Source: Bugula neritina (Eukaryota > Animalia > Bryozoa). From it: a stretch of DNA of 64,000 nucleotides. The DNA lies in contig OZ037767.1 of the NCBI GenBank assembly GCA_964035545.1, positions 2,925,680 to 2,989,679 on the forward strand, read 5' to 3'. The notes under the pieces are model-generated. The model saw only the letters and a list, made by a program, of their open reading frames with translations, had not been told where the DNA came from and did no database searches. Positions within the stretch are counted from its first letter, which is position 1, and each line of letters starts with the position of its first letter. A program made the translations under genes and the position numbers. This document shows positions 12,801-24,700 of the stretch, piece by piece.

Positions 12801-14504
12801 CACAAGCATTTTTCAAGTCTCAGTTAAAATGTTTTCATATCTATACATGACTTTTCATGATTAAATTGAACTCTTGTTTAACATGTTATGCTATGCAATA
12901 GACTGCTTGTTCAATACTTTTAACAATATATTATTATAACCATTTTTATTTTAAATGTTTTCATAGTATGAAATGTGTTTTCACTTTATAGGTTGCAGGT
13001 TGTCTTCCCAGAATGCATTTATTGAGGTAGACCAAAGGTATAATTACACACAGTCAGGAGTTACCTACACTTGCTTATGTGAGAAAACTTCAGAATACAG
13101 GTATCAGCTGACCTGTGAGGGACAGAGAAAGAGGGGAGACAAATCCTTTTTTGATCGTTTTACAACTACTACTCCTACAGGTGTGCATTCTTATTTTTAT
13201 TTCACATATTCAGTAAAACATGAATGTTATCTTTATGAGCATTTGCTGTATTCAGAAACTGGTTGATGTTTCATTAATAGAAAGTTTTTATGTGGAAGGT
13301 TGTATTTTATATTTTCGTTTCTATAATGTTATGTCATTGTTATTTGCTCTTACCAAATTAATTTGTTGACGAAAATGAACTTTGAGATTACTTTTTTTCA
13401 GGCATATATTTAATATTTAATAAGAAGTAGTAATTATTTTTTTTATAATTTTAGTTGATATTTCAATGTGTGACATGTTTCCTCATCATATATACACAAA
13501 GCCTGCTTTTCTAATAAACATAGTTCCAGATTTTTGTTTATGAAATTAATATTCTAGAATTGGGTTTCCCGTTTTTGACTTAAATGTTTTTCTTTATTCC
13601 AAAGTCCTAGGTCTAACTTGTTCATGAAATAAATATATTCACAATAGCGTACATACAAAGCTAAGAATTATTTGACTCACCAAGCAATAATATCACAGAT
13701 TCATTTAACCTTCTCTTTATTTAGCTATAAGTACCACCAGTACAGCTCTATCCTCCAAACCTCGCTGCCGTAAGATAGACAACCCCAGATGTGGACAGTA
13801 CGATGTTGACTTTTGGAAAGCAGAGATGTGTGCAGAAGCGAGCAAGGCGTGGCGTGTATTCCTACATAGAGCATGTCCTGCTCTCTGCGGTCTGTGTAGA
13901 GGTTTGTTTTCTCCTTGGAGTTGTTTCCTTTCTGTGTGTTTTACAAAGCATAACTTTTAGGTATGTGTTACACAGATTGTAGAATATGATAAATTGTAGT
14001 ATTATAACATCTTAACACCACAATTACAACACATACACATATACACATGCCGACGCGCTCTTGTTTTTCATACCAGCTAAGGTCTGTGTCGCCTAAAGCA
14101 CATGGGTTGATTTGGTCTGTATAAAATATAGTATGAAATAATTAACTTATCATTGCTGTATTATATTATATATTATATTGTATGTGTTATACTACATGTA
14201 TATTATGTTATATGTATTATTTTATATGTATTATATTATATGTATTGGGTCACCTTTCAATGCCGTGGTCCTGCGCTGGTGGCGGGATTTTATTATAAAT
14301 ATTATATTATATATATTATTTCATATGCATTTTATTATATGTGTTATATTATATTATATATTTATATTATATATTTTATATTATATTGATTTATCTTCAG
14401 CATTCTCTTGTCGTGGTTACAACTCCCGAGCTTACCGAGTAGGACAGACTTGGACAGCTAACGGACGACTCCACACCTGCACCATTGGAGGTATTGCCTT
14501 CTAA
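843..14504 (+). CDS. Secreted CAP/SCP (CRISP/antigen-5/PR-1) domain protein with EGF, 6 ShKT-like, FN1/MIG-18-like modules and a mucin spacer; 22 coding exons, ~1226 aa
   Basis: Hand-spliced exons: 843-903, 1644-1678, 2025-2115, 3388-3494, 3982-4072, 4786-4911, 5647-5749, 6008-6102, 6559-6660, 6838-6954, 7397-7651, 7986-8172, 8479-8567, 8809-8943, 9692-10666, 10759-10887, 11261-11368, 11866-12048, 12332-12553, 12992-13180, 13725-13901, 14401-14504. All GT-AG and phase-compatible; total 3681 nt ending TAA. N-terminus [26 protein letters not shown] looks like a signal peptide. CAP motifs: [41 protein letters not shown]. The first two short exons are the least certain. Confidence 0.88.
2340..2506 (-). 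mobile_element. tRNA-derived SINE with V-SINE-like core
   Basis: Minus strand reads GGTCTAGGGGTTAGAGCG (A-box-like), GGGTTCGCG (B-box-like), then GGTGATGTTAGGAAGAGCATCCAGTC, which resembles the V-domain core AGGAAGGGCATCC. A related copy lies at ~25470-25655. Confidence 0.65.
4081..4460. repeat. 14-bp minisatellite (TGTGTACTAGTGAC)
   Basis: More than 20 degenerate copies starting 8 nt after the donor at 4073. Confidence 0.9.
5341..5646. repeat. 51-bp minisatellite x6 ending exactly at a 3' splice site
   Basis: Unit GATAATACAATATATAACACAGTAGACTAACATGCTTATAACACGTTGYAG at 5341, 5392, 5443, 5494, 5545, 5596. Confidence 0.95.
5760..5878. repeat. 17-bp minisatellite (CTATGAGTGTGAGGTCG) next to a donor
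   Basis: About 7 copies immediately after the donor GTGAGT at 5750. Confidence 0.85.
9692..10666 (+). other. Large low-complexity exon of gene 1: Ser-rich, acidic heptad repeats, Thr/Pro mucin-like repeats
   Basis: 975-nt phase 1-1 exon inside ORF 9730..10713. Heptads [35 protein letters not shown]; (PTTTTT)n from an 18-bp repeat at ~10354-10576. Confidence 0.85.
12032..12170. repeat. 55-bp tandem duplication spanning an exon-intron junction
   Basis: AATAGCAC...TTGGTTAGAACACATTGCATATGCTAACTTGAGTTAG at 12032 and 12087, with a partial third copy at ~12142. Confidence 0.8.
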
Positions 14505-15004
14505 AGACCAGTGTAATGGTGTTCCATGGTCCATAATTCACCTCATGTTTCTATCATATGACTATTTATTTAAAAGTTAAAATGAACACTGCAATGGACT
14601 GGTAACAGCTGGTAACTTCTGTATTGTTGGTATGTCCTAAATTCCATGCAAATTGTTAAAGTTAATGAAGTCTAACTACGGGGAGTCATTACCTCTTGTC
14701 AATCACATATTTCGACTGTGTCTATTTGTTTACATATGTGTATTTGTTTGCTGTCAACAGTGCAATGCATGTTGTGTACACATGGATCTAAAGTTATGCT
14801 CTGTCTTTCTCTTCTATCTATAATATATTGATGAAAAACTTTATGCTTACAACTTTTTACTGCAAGTCAGGTAAACATTTCTATTTGTTTAGTTAAGATG
14901 ATAAAACACACTATTGTGAATTTTTCAATTTAATTTCAATGCCAAGTATTACAAGGAAGATTTCATGTTTAAATAGTTCTATTCAACAAAATAGTATCGC
15001 AACT

Positions 15005-15010
15005 AATAAA
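15005..15010 (+). promoter_or_regulatory. Candidate polyadenylation signal of gene 1
   Basis: AATAAA about 500 nt after the gene 1 stop and before gene 2 exon 1. AT-rich context makes a chance match possible. Confidence 0.35.
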
Positions 15011-15714
15011 TATTATGACCAATATGTGAATGTATGGTAGCAGAGCGGAATAACAAGCTATTGAAATAAAATTTTGTTATGAAAATTAACTATGTAGTGG
15101 TTGCTGCATTGTGCATTTCTTTAACTTCAAGTCTCATATGCTTGTAAATCAGTGCCACGGAAAGACTGGTGTAATCTGGGCTAATACATAGGATTAACGT
15201 TGAAGGTATTAAATAGGTCAGTTTGTAAATACGAAACCCTATTGGGTTGTATTACACTTGCATTACATTCTTAACAAGAATAATAGTAACATATTAATAT
15301 AACATTGTTGCATAGACTGGTTGATAAGAGAAACTCCCTGCATTTATACTCCTGAATTTCTCTATTATTACCTTCCACATGCGTGCTTTGTGCTCCTTTC
15401 TATACCCCTCCACTACTGGCCAATGAGCTTCTTAGTTTTGTATTGAGCGCCTCTAAAGAGATATTATTTCCTATTCATTGAGGCTATTGTCGTAATCTAT
15501 TGATACAAAGCATTTAGTTTGATTCAAGAATGCAGCTTGACCTACCGTAACGCATACTAGACTGCCTTGCTCTGCATCTGACACACCCAATACTGATTCT
15601 ACTAGCACTACATTCACGGATACACCTTGCACTTGCTAGGGTTGCATGTTGTCCTAGCTTTTTTAACTTCTGACTACAGAGCAGAACATCTGACCGTGTG
15701 CAGAAGGACTGCCC

Positions 15715-18700
15715 ATGTTGCTGTCCTTCTCTGTTCTGCTGACCCTGGCGGTCACGCCCATCCTGGTAAGTTATGTAACAACTTGTCTCACACCCTTTGC
15801 TGCTATTTTGAGCATATGCTAGTGGTTTATGTTGAAATAGATGGAATAACAGTTTAATCTTTATTTCTATCATATTTTAATGTAGTTTAGTCAATGTGAA
15901 ACAGTGAAAATCTTCAGAATGATAATTTTTCTGTTCACTTTATGTTTAGTTTTGTAACTGGAAATGTTTTTTTTCCACAGTGCCCCGGCTTTTAGTTAAA
16001 AAAATTATTTTTGATTTTATTTTTCAAGCTTTGGTACAGACGTGGCTCATTGATATTTAGATTCCTGTAGATATTTTCTGCATTCAGTCTACTCAATTTT
16101 ACATCATTTGATTTGATTAGTTTAACACAGGCTGCCCGAATGGGTATAATCCAGCATATTAAGTTATGGAAAATGACAAGAAACCAAACATTTTTGTTCA
16201 TGACTTATACAGCAAATAGAGCTTACAGTCCAACTGTGTCACCCACCATGTATCACTTATTACTATTCTTACTGCAACTATTGTCTCCCCACTCTTTCAC
16301 GTATATCTAAGAGTTGCTATAAATACTACAAGTATTTATAAACAATTATAAGTGTGTAGCTATCAAATAAATCAAGGCTTTCAGTATATTACTAAAACAC
16401 TCTAAAAAATATGCAAATATATATAGTAAAGAGGGGGGTGGGTGGTAGAGTCCTTCTATAAATATCTATAAGTGCAGAGTCAGTTCAGTAAGCTATGCTT
16501 TAGGCAGCCATCTTTATAAAATTTGTTGAAATTCAACACTTGCACGCCCTGTACTGAAAGCTACATTTGTTCATACTGAGTTATTTATAAGTAATGCATG
16601 ACCAGGATCTTCCTTGATTATAAAACTAGCTATTATATGCACACAATACAAATCAATAGTAAAGGTGAGTGAACAAGAGAAAGTTGGGTGTGTGTTTTAG
16701 TATTAATGAATGGAAGGTGTAACTAGTATACAGTTCATAGACACCCAGGCCTATTGATGAGAGTGATTCAATGTTATACCAATGCAGAATACACCCATTT
16801 CTATATAAATTGGTGAGACGGAGCTCAAGTGTCAACAAATTTTGTAAAAACAACTTTAATAATATTTTTTTCATAAACTTCCGACACTTAGGATGTTGAG
16901 ATGTTATGCTATGTTACCCAAACTTTCTAAAAACTAAACCTTTACCCAGGTTATTCTAACCATCATAATAATCTCTATAATTTTCAGATGCGTGGTGGGT
17001 TTTAATTTTCTCGTAGAAATGTTGTTACTCTTTAAAAATTGGAAATGCACTAAATACATTCTTTTTGTTTTAGGGTGATGACTGTCCTAAAGGTAAATAT
17101 GCACACATTTATTCTTACAGTTTTTGTATAAATAATGCACTGACAAGTTTTATTTCAGCTGTAACAACCAGGGTTGGGGTCAATTACATGTAAATGTAAT
17201 TAATTACAATTACAATTACATGAAGATTTGTCAATTACAATTACAATTATAATTACAATAAAAAATAAATGTAATTAATTACAATTACAATTACATGGCA
17301 ATGTAATTAATTACAATTACAATTACTTTTGTTCTCACAAGGAATAAATAGAAGTCACTTCTAGGGTCTAGCTACCAGGGGCAGTGTTGACAGTGGTGAA
17401 CCTCTTTTGTTTTCTACAGTGATACTATTATATCATTCCATACCAAATCAACCAACTTTCAAGGGGTCCCAAGTCTTTGTGTCTCAGATTTTGCTCATAT
17501 TTACACTAAATGGACCTACACATGTTCAGATCACCATTCGTGAATATTTCTGGCCTGACACAAAAACAATTACTACTTTGGTGAACAAAGGTTGGAAAAT
17601 GTTTTGAGGAAAATTTGTGATTTATACTTTTAAACCAATTTATAAGTAATTTAAAATTTGATTAGGCGAGTATTTAAAATTTTTCAAAATTTACAAAGAT
17701 TTGTTCATATTCAATGACTTTGCATATATGCACACAAAGTGTTCTGTAATATGTGTTGCTACTAGTGCAAATTGATAGGTATTATCAAATCACACAGCAA
17801 ATTTTAGGGCTCAGGCTAGAAAAATGATTGAGATATAGACGTTTATAGATTAGTCTAAAAGTAGAAATCACAAATTTTACTCAAAATGTTTCTCAACCTT
17901 TGTCCACAAAAGTAATCAGTTCTCAAAAAAATTTGTGTCAGGTCAGAAATACTGAAGAAGAGTACTTGAGGCACGTGTAGATCTATTTGGTGTAAACATG
18001 AACAAAATCTGAGACGCAAATAGACGCGTGCAATTCGGTGAGCTGGCATGGAATGACCCTACTATATTGACCTAACTATCTGAACTTGTTATTTAACAGT
18101 AGGCATTGTAGAAAAAGAAGGAGTTTTTTAAGATTTAAAAGTTTGAAGTAATTGACATGTAATTATAAAGTAATTGTAAAAATCAATTACAATAGATATG
18201 TAATTAATTACAATTACAATTACAATTACATTTTTAAGCCTCAATTACAAATTACATTCAATTACTTGAAAAAATGTAATTAATTACAGCCAATTACAAT
18301 TACAAATTACAATTACCCCAACCCTGGTAACAACCACGTTTTTTATTTGTGAATACATTTGAAACTTACTTATTGGTTAATACATTTTCCTTCTGTAAAG
18401 TATAGCAATTATGAAGTTGCCTCTAAACTCAGTAGTATCAATGCTTCACACCTAAACCCTGTATATATACATGATTAATTTAATATGTATATATTAGATT
18501 AATGTCAAATTTCAACTGCTTCTAATAAGGTGCAACTCAATTGCAAAGTAGCTGCAAACTATAAATAAAGCATATTAAAATCTGTTTGCCAAAGTTGGTT
18601 ACTAAATTGTTTGAGTAGCCATTTTGGTGGTGTAACAATTTCTACTTGAATAACTTAGTGCTCACTACGTTCCTGGCTTGTAATGCCATCGTTGAAGTTT

Positions 18701-21700
18701 GGCTACTTTCAAATAGCAGTGCTATCTAAAACTAGCTGTATATTTTCAAACTTGGTTAGTGTAGCAAGCGATTCTGCCCTTTGTTTTCATTGTTGAAGTA
18801 ACAAGTTAATAGCTTTGGCAAAGCTGTTACTTTGTTTTGTTGTTCCAACGTGACTTTCACCACCTGAACATGAGTTGCATGTTTTCAAATTCTACAATAT
18901 CTGTATAAAAAGGAGATTCGGTAGATAGCATTTAGCACAGCTTTTTCTATTTAGTAGTGATGTGAGTACTTATTTAGTATAAACCGTGTCATGTGCATTC
19001 AATGACTATTGTTTAGGGATGTTTCATCACCAATTTTTCCTCCCTAAAAAGTAAGTGAGTGGTTCTAAGCCCTTTTTCAACTATATAGCTCTTTAAACAA
19101 ATTGAGTTACTTGCTCTTTCTTTTTTAGATAAATTTTTATTATAAAAAGTCTAAAACTGTAAAATTCATTTGTATTTGGAGTTTCAGTTTTTACATCATA
19201 TATACTAGATTTAAAGACAATTGACACACAAATGATTGAGTTTAGATATACTCTTAACTTTCCTACCGGTAATATTTTCAGACTACGGAGATGTCAATGG
19301 GAGATGTTTTAGATATGAGAAACACAAGAGGTCATATGAAGATGCTCAAGAAGACTGTAGAAGGTGAGATAACTCTAACTGTAGTTTACATGGAATATAT
19401 AACTACTACCATATGCTGTAATTACATGCATCATCTGATAGTTCTAGCAAATTGTGGGACTCAAATATTTTGTTTGAAACTTCGGATACCAACTAAAAAT
19501 ACTTACACTTTACTTGTGGAATTTTACTGTTTGAGTGTCTAAATTACTATTTTATTTTGGACAAAAAAAACAAATATGTCTGCTCTCAGTCATTTGGGAT
19601 GTTGGACAGTTGCCAACTCAGTATGTTGCAGAAGAACTTCTTTGGCATTTAAAGCAAAAATGCTGTTTAAAAAGTAAAGAAAATGTGTTTTAAAAAAATT
19701 AAGATATTGAATTGAAAAATATTAAAACTAGATAAATCTAGTCAAAGTTCTAGATAAAAACTTATTATATTATAATTTAAATACTTATTTTTAAAAGATT
19801 TTTATAATTATGATTGGAAATTTCAGAATTGAACCTAGCTGTATATAATGTGACGCAATATAGATATGCAGTTGAATGTAGGGTGGCCTGTGTGATGCCT
19901 CATAATAAACACATGACTTGTTGTAGTGAAGGGGCTAACCTCGCGTGGATCTCAGACTACACAGATGTGGAGGCAGTGGTGGATGCTTTCGACTTGAAGT
20001 ACGACTTCTGGATGGGTGAGACTGCCATTTGTACCTCATAACACAGAGAGTAAATCACTTGCATCTTTGCATCACACATCCTGGCATAATATGCATAGTG
20101 ACAAGCACATCATGGCATAATATCATATATTGCATTATATATAAACATAATATAATATATTGCATTATATATAAACGTAATATAATATATTATATTATAT
20201 ATAAACATAATATGATATATTGCATTAGGCCTATATGTAAACATAATATAATAAATATGTTACATAATATATAAACAAAATATAATATATTGCATTATAT
20301 ATAAACATAATATAATATATTGCATTATATATAAACATAATATAATATAATACATAATGTGTGCAATCATAAATTTGTAAATTATAAGAGAGTGATTAAA
20401 AGTATAACAGCTTAATATATAAATCTATAACTCATGAATTCCTTTAAACTATACTGTGAAGAACACTATATTTTTAGCTAAAAGTATAAGATATGCACTT
20501 TAGGTGAGCATATATTTAACTTTTACACTATTTTATGTAGAATACGAAACAATTCCTTTTTCATTTCTTATGTCAAGATATGATATTTCAACAAACACAT
20601 CTGAGTTATTATTTGACATGCCCATGACTCATAAGTGACATATGGTTGCAGGTGCCAGGCGAGTGCTCTGTGATGGAGAGGACAATGATGACAAATATTA
20701 TGATGACGATGACGAACAGTGCATCGTACGGCCTGATGGGCAGAAGTACCCAATAGGAGACATAGGTTTCTGGGGCAAACGTCAACCCAAGGACAAAAAA
20801 GATTACGAGTGCGTCATGTTGAAGTCCAAGAAAGGTAAAGGTAAGAAGAGTAAAGGGAAACATAAACATGACTACACCAAGGGACTAGAATGGGAACTTA
20901 AGAAATGCAAAGACAAAAAATCTTATCTCTGTGAACTGAGATGTGAGGCTGGTAAGTTTTTGAGACCACAGTCTACAAATATATTGTGCTAGCATTCTGT
21001 TGACAATAGGACAGGTTATTTTATACTTTTCTAATAAGTCAGCAATAAGTTGTAACTAAAACTATAAATCTGCAGAATTATTATCAAACTGTTTTACAAC
21101 TTTTTTTAGCTGCTGAAATGTGTTATGTCTTTTATATATTTTTATTGCAATCATAATGTAACAGCAGTTCAAGCACCCACATATGTAATTAACATTTGTA
21201 ACAAAGTCAGCTGCTTGTAGCATGAGTTATTATTGCAGGAGAATTCTACTGCGGGGGTGTAGGTTGCGTCACGAGTAAGGAAGAATGTTACGAGAACCCG
21301 CCCACACAGTCATGTGACGATGTACACGACTTCAGCGTCGATGGTGTCACATTTAAGAACACCGGGTATAATTCTGGCAAATACCCAGAGAACAGCGTCT
21401 GCATTTACCAGCTTTCAATTGCCGAGGGATTCATTCTTAAACTTGAGGTGATAACTCCTGAACTTCCTCACCCATCTTTACTGAAAATTTCAGAGACTGT
21501 CAGCTAATGCTAATGCATATGCATTGATTCTTGTTACTGTAATATATACCTGCATGATGCCATGCTAACTTGCGTTTAGTGTTTTACTTGGCAAGTATGC
21601 TTTAACGTTTGGTTAAATTTTTTAGAACATCTGTTTAAGTTAACCAAATTGCACTAAAAATATGTGTGAAACTTCATCTGAGTAAGCGCTTTCACTGTTT

Positions 21701-24700
21701 ATACAACAACTTGTAGTTTGATGTGTTCCTATTGGGCACGGATGATCAAGACTTCATAGAGATCTACGTGGGAAGTACAGTGGTGGCTGATGCCGAGTAC
21801 TACGGCAGATTCAGTAACCATGACAACCTGGTAAACAGAGTTGTCTTCAGCACCAACAACCAGATGGTGATAATCCTGAACACTGATGGTAGAACAGAAA
21901 GAGATGGGCGTGGCTTCAGTGTCACTAGTGTTGAATGTACGTTTAATATTTTCTTTTAAAGTAATTAATCCAGTGACTTTTCAATAGAAAATTCGTTATC
22001 TTTTATACATCTATGTATAATTTAAAGTCACGTGATTGAAGCACCTGTGTTATTTTATACCGACTTCATTTAAATTTAGTCAAAGTCTTTGGCCCTGTTG
22101 TAAAACACTTTTTTTTCAAGAATTATTGGCTATTCATATAGCAAGTTATGATCTGAAAATTTATGTGAATTTTGTTTTCAAATTCATCAACAAGTAAAAA
22201 TTAGTGATACATTATACTTACAAATCTTTTCACTGAGTATACAACAGAAATTTTTCATCAAGCCCTTCCCTGTTTGTATTCCAATCTCATCTTATTAATT
22301 TATTTTGAATTCATATTATATTTTTGAATAATGGTAATAATTATATTCTTTTGTTTTCTAAAGTCACTCAGCCCCCCTCTGTTGAAGAGGAAATAATAAC
22401 TCTGGTTGCCGGGGGTGGCATGCAGTACATCACTTCCCCTGGGTTTGACAGCAATATTGGAGAGCTGCCAAGTTACTCCGCCTCCTGGAGAATCGAAGTC
22501 TCTCTTTTCACTCAAATCATTATTGAGGTAATGCTCATAGCTTCCAGCAGCTGTGTAAAACTTTCACCAGTATTTATGAGCATTTTATAAACTAATAATT
22601 TTATGAATATTTAATTTCTTCAATCATTGCCCGCACTGTTGCTTTATCGTCTCTTTGAGACTATTTTAAAATGGCCATCAGCATTCTGGAGCCAATGGTA
22701 ACAACAGCGATTTTAAACTGAAAATGTTATGATAATTTTACTTTAATGATAGTTACCTGCAATATGTCCCTACTATTTACTTGGGCTAATTTGTTGCTTT
22801 ATGTTTTGTTAGTAAATAATTGTTTATACACTTCTGATATGAACGCAAAAATTTTTCTTTGGTGTGATAGATTAGTAAGTGCCCTGTAGTTTAGCTAGCA
22901 ATCAGTCTTTATTTTTATGATACGTAAATAAGAAGGTCACTTGAAGGCCATCATGTTAAACTTGTATGATTCTAGTTGGACGTAGAGACAAGGTTAGACG
23001 AGGACAGTGTATTAGAGATTCTTGGAGTTCTACCCGGAGAGGAGTATGCAGAGATTGCCGTCTTCCAAGGCAAAGAGGTCAAGTTTGTTAGCTTCATATC
23101 CACCACGAACATCTGTGTACTTCGCTACAAAACAGGAAGTGGAGCTCATTGGTCCAGCAGAGGATTTAAGATCGGCGTGGCTGTATTGACATCAACGGAA
23201 AATAGTAAGTCTGCTACTGTGTCACCACTTTGAGTGTGAGTAAGTCTGCTACTGTGTCACCACTTTGAGTGTGAGTAAGTCTGCTACTGTGTCACCACTT
23301 TGAGTGTGAGTAAGTCTGCTACTGTGTCACCACTTTGAGTGCAAGTAAGTCTGCTACTGTGTCACCACTTTGAGTGTAAGTAAGTCTGCTACTGTACCAT
23401 TACATTAAATGTGTGTTATTAAGATTATGTAACATACTAGTTCATATATTTCTGAGTTATAAAGTAGTTACTGCATCGTCTCATGATTCTAGTTTAGGAG
23501 ATAATATTATTGTTGTGTCATTGCATAGTTTTATCAAACAGCCCCAACTGAATCACCGCACAAGGACCATAAGTTCATTATTGTGCCGTCACACGCTGTT
23601 TTGGGGAAACATTGAATACGAACTTTACTGTCCGCCTTGTGTCGTATTCTATTAAGCTAATCTTGAATGGTTAGTTTCACTAATTTTTTTGCAGATTGTC
23701 AACAAGTTTTCAGTGAAGATGCAGGAATGGTCTCCTCTCCTGGTTATGGCATAGTGGATTCCAGTGAGTTTGACAAATAATAATATATTATGTTATATTA
23801 TTATCTTATATTATATTATTTTATCTTATGTTATATTATTTTATCTTATATTATGTTATTTTATATTATATTATGTTATTTTATATTATATTATGTTATT
23901 TTATATTATATTATGTTATTTTATACTATATTATCTCGTATTATTTTATATTATATCATATTATATTATTTTATATTATCTTTTCTTAAATTTTTATCCT
24001 TATAATATTTTATTGTATAATATAATATATTATCTTGTATTATCTTATATTGTTGATATATTAGCGTTTTGATATAGAGTGACATTCTTGTTACCATTTA
24101 GTAAACTTGTGATGTGCACTCAAGAGAACTACACTTTGTTATTGTAAACGATTTCATGAGCTGATGGAAAAACATGCAGGCTGAAACCAGAAGTCTTTAA
24201 ATTAGTGATCCATATAAGTTGTATTTGTATGATTTATATACTGCATCGTATTTGTACTGGTAAAGTCAACAGCTAACAAATACAGCTGCAACGTTTTTTC
24301 TTGCTCAGTGGGCTTTATGTCAAGTTTGTGCTAAGTCAGTCATCTTCAATAACATCAGTTGTTTATATCGAGTAACCATAGTAACCTAAAGCATTACTTC
24401 TTGTAGATGGCGACTCAGTAGCTTACCCTGTCAACTACGCCTGTACCTACACCATCTCTGTGTCCTCCAATGACGGCAACTTTTCTTTCTGGTTTGACAA
24501 GGACTTTGGCATCGATGAGGATGACTTTTTGAAGGTCAGTTTTTCTATTTCTTTTTATCTTTCAAAAGAAGATTTTGTTTATTATTTGCTTTTGTTTCAG
24601 ACAAGCAGAGAGTCGTAACGATAAAAACATTTTGTGAACCTTTATTTTATATTTAGTCGGACTAGGCCTTTTTTCAAACCACTTCTTGCGATGAGAAGTT

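Noticed and set aside
15514-15873. 119-aa minus-strand ORF
   Set aside because: Antisense to gene 2 exon 1 and its 5' UTR; no domain features.
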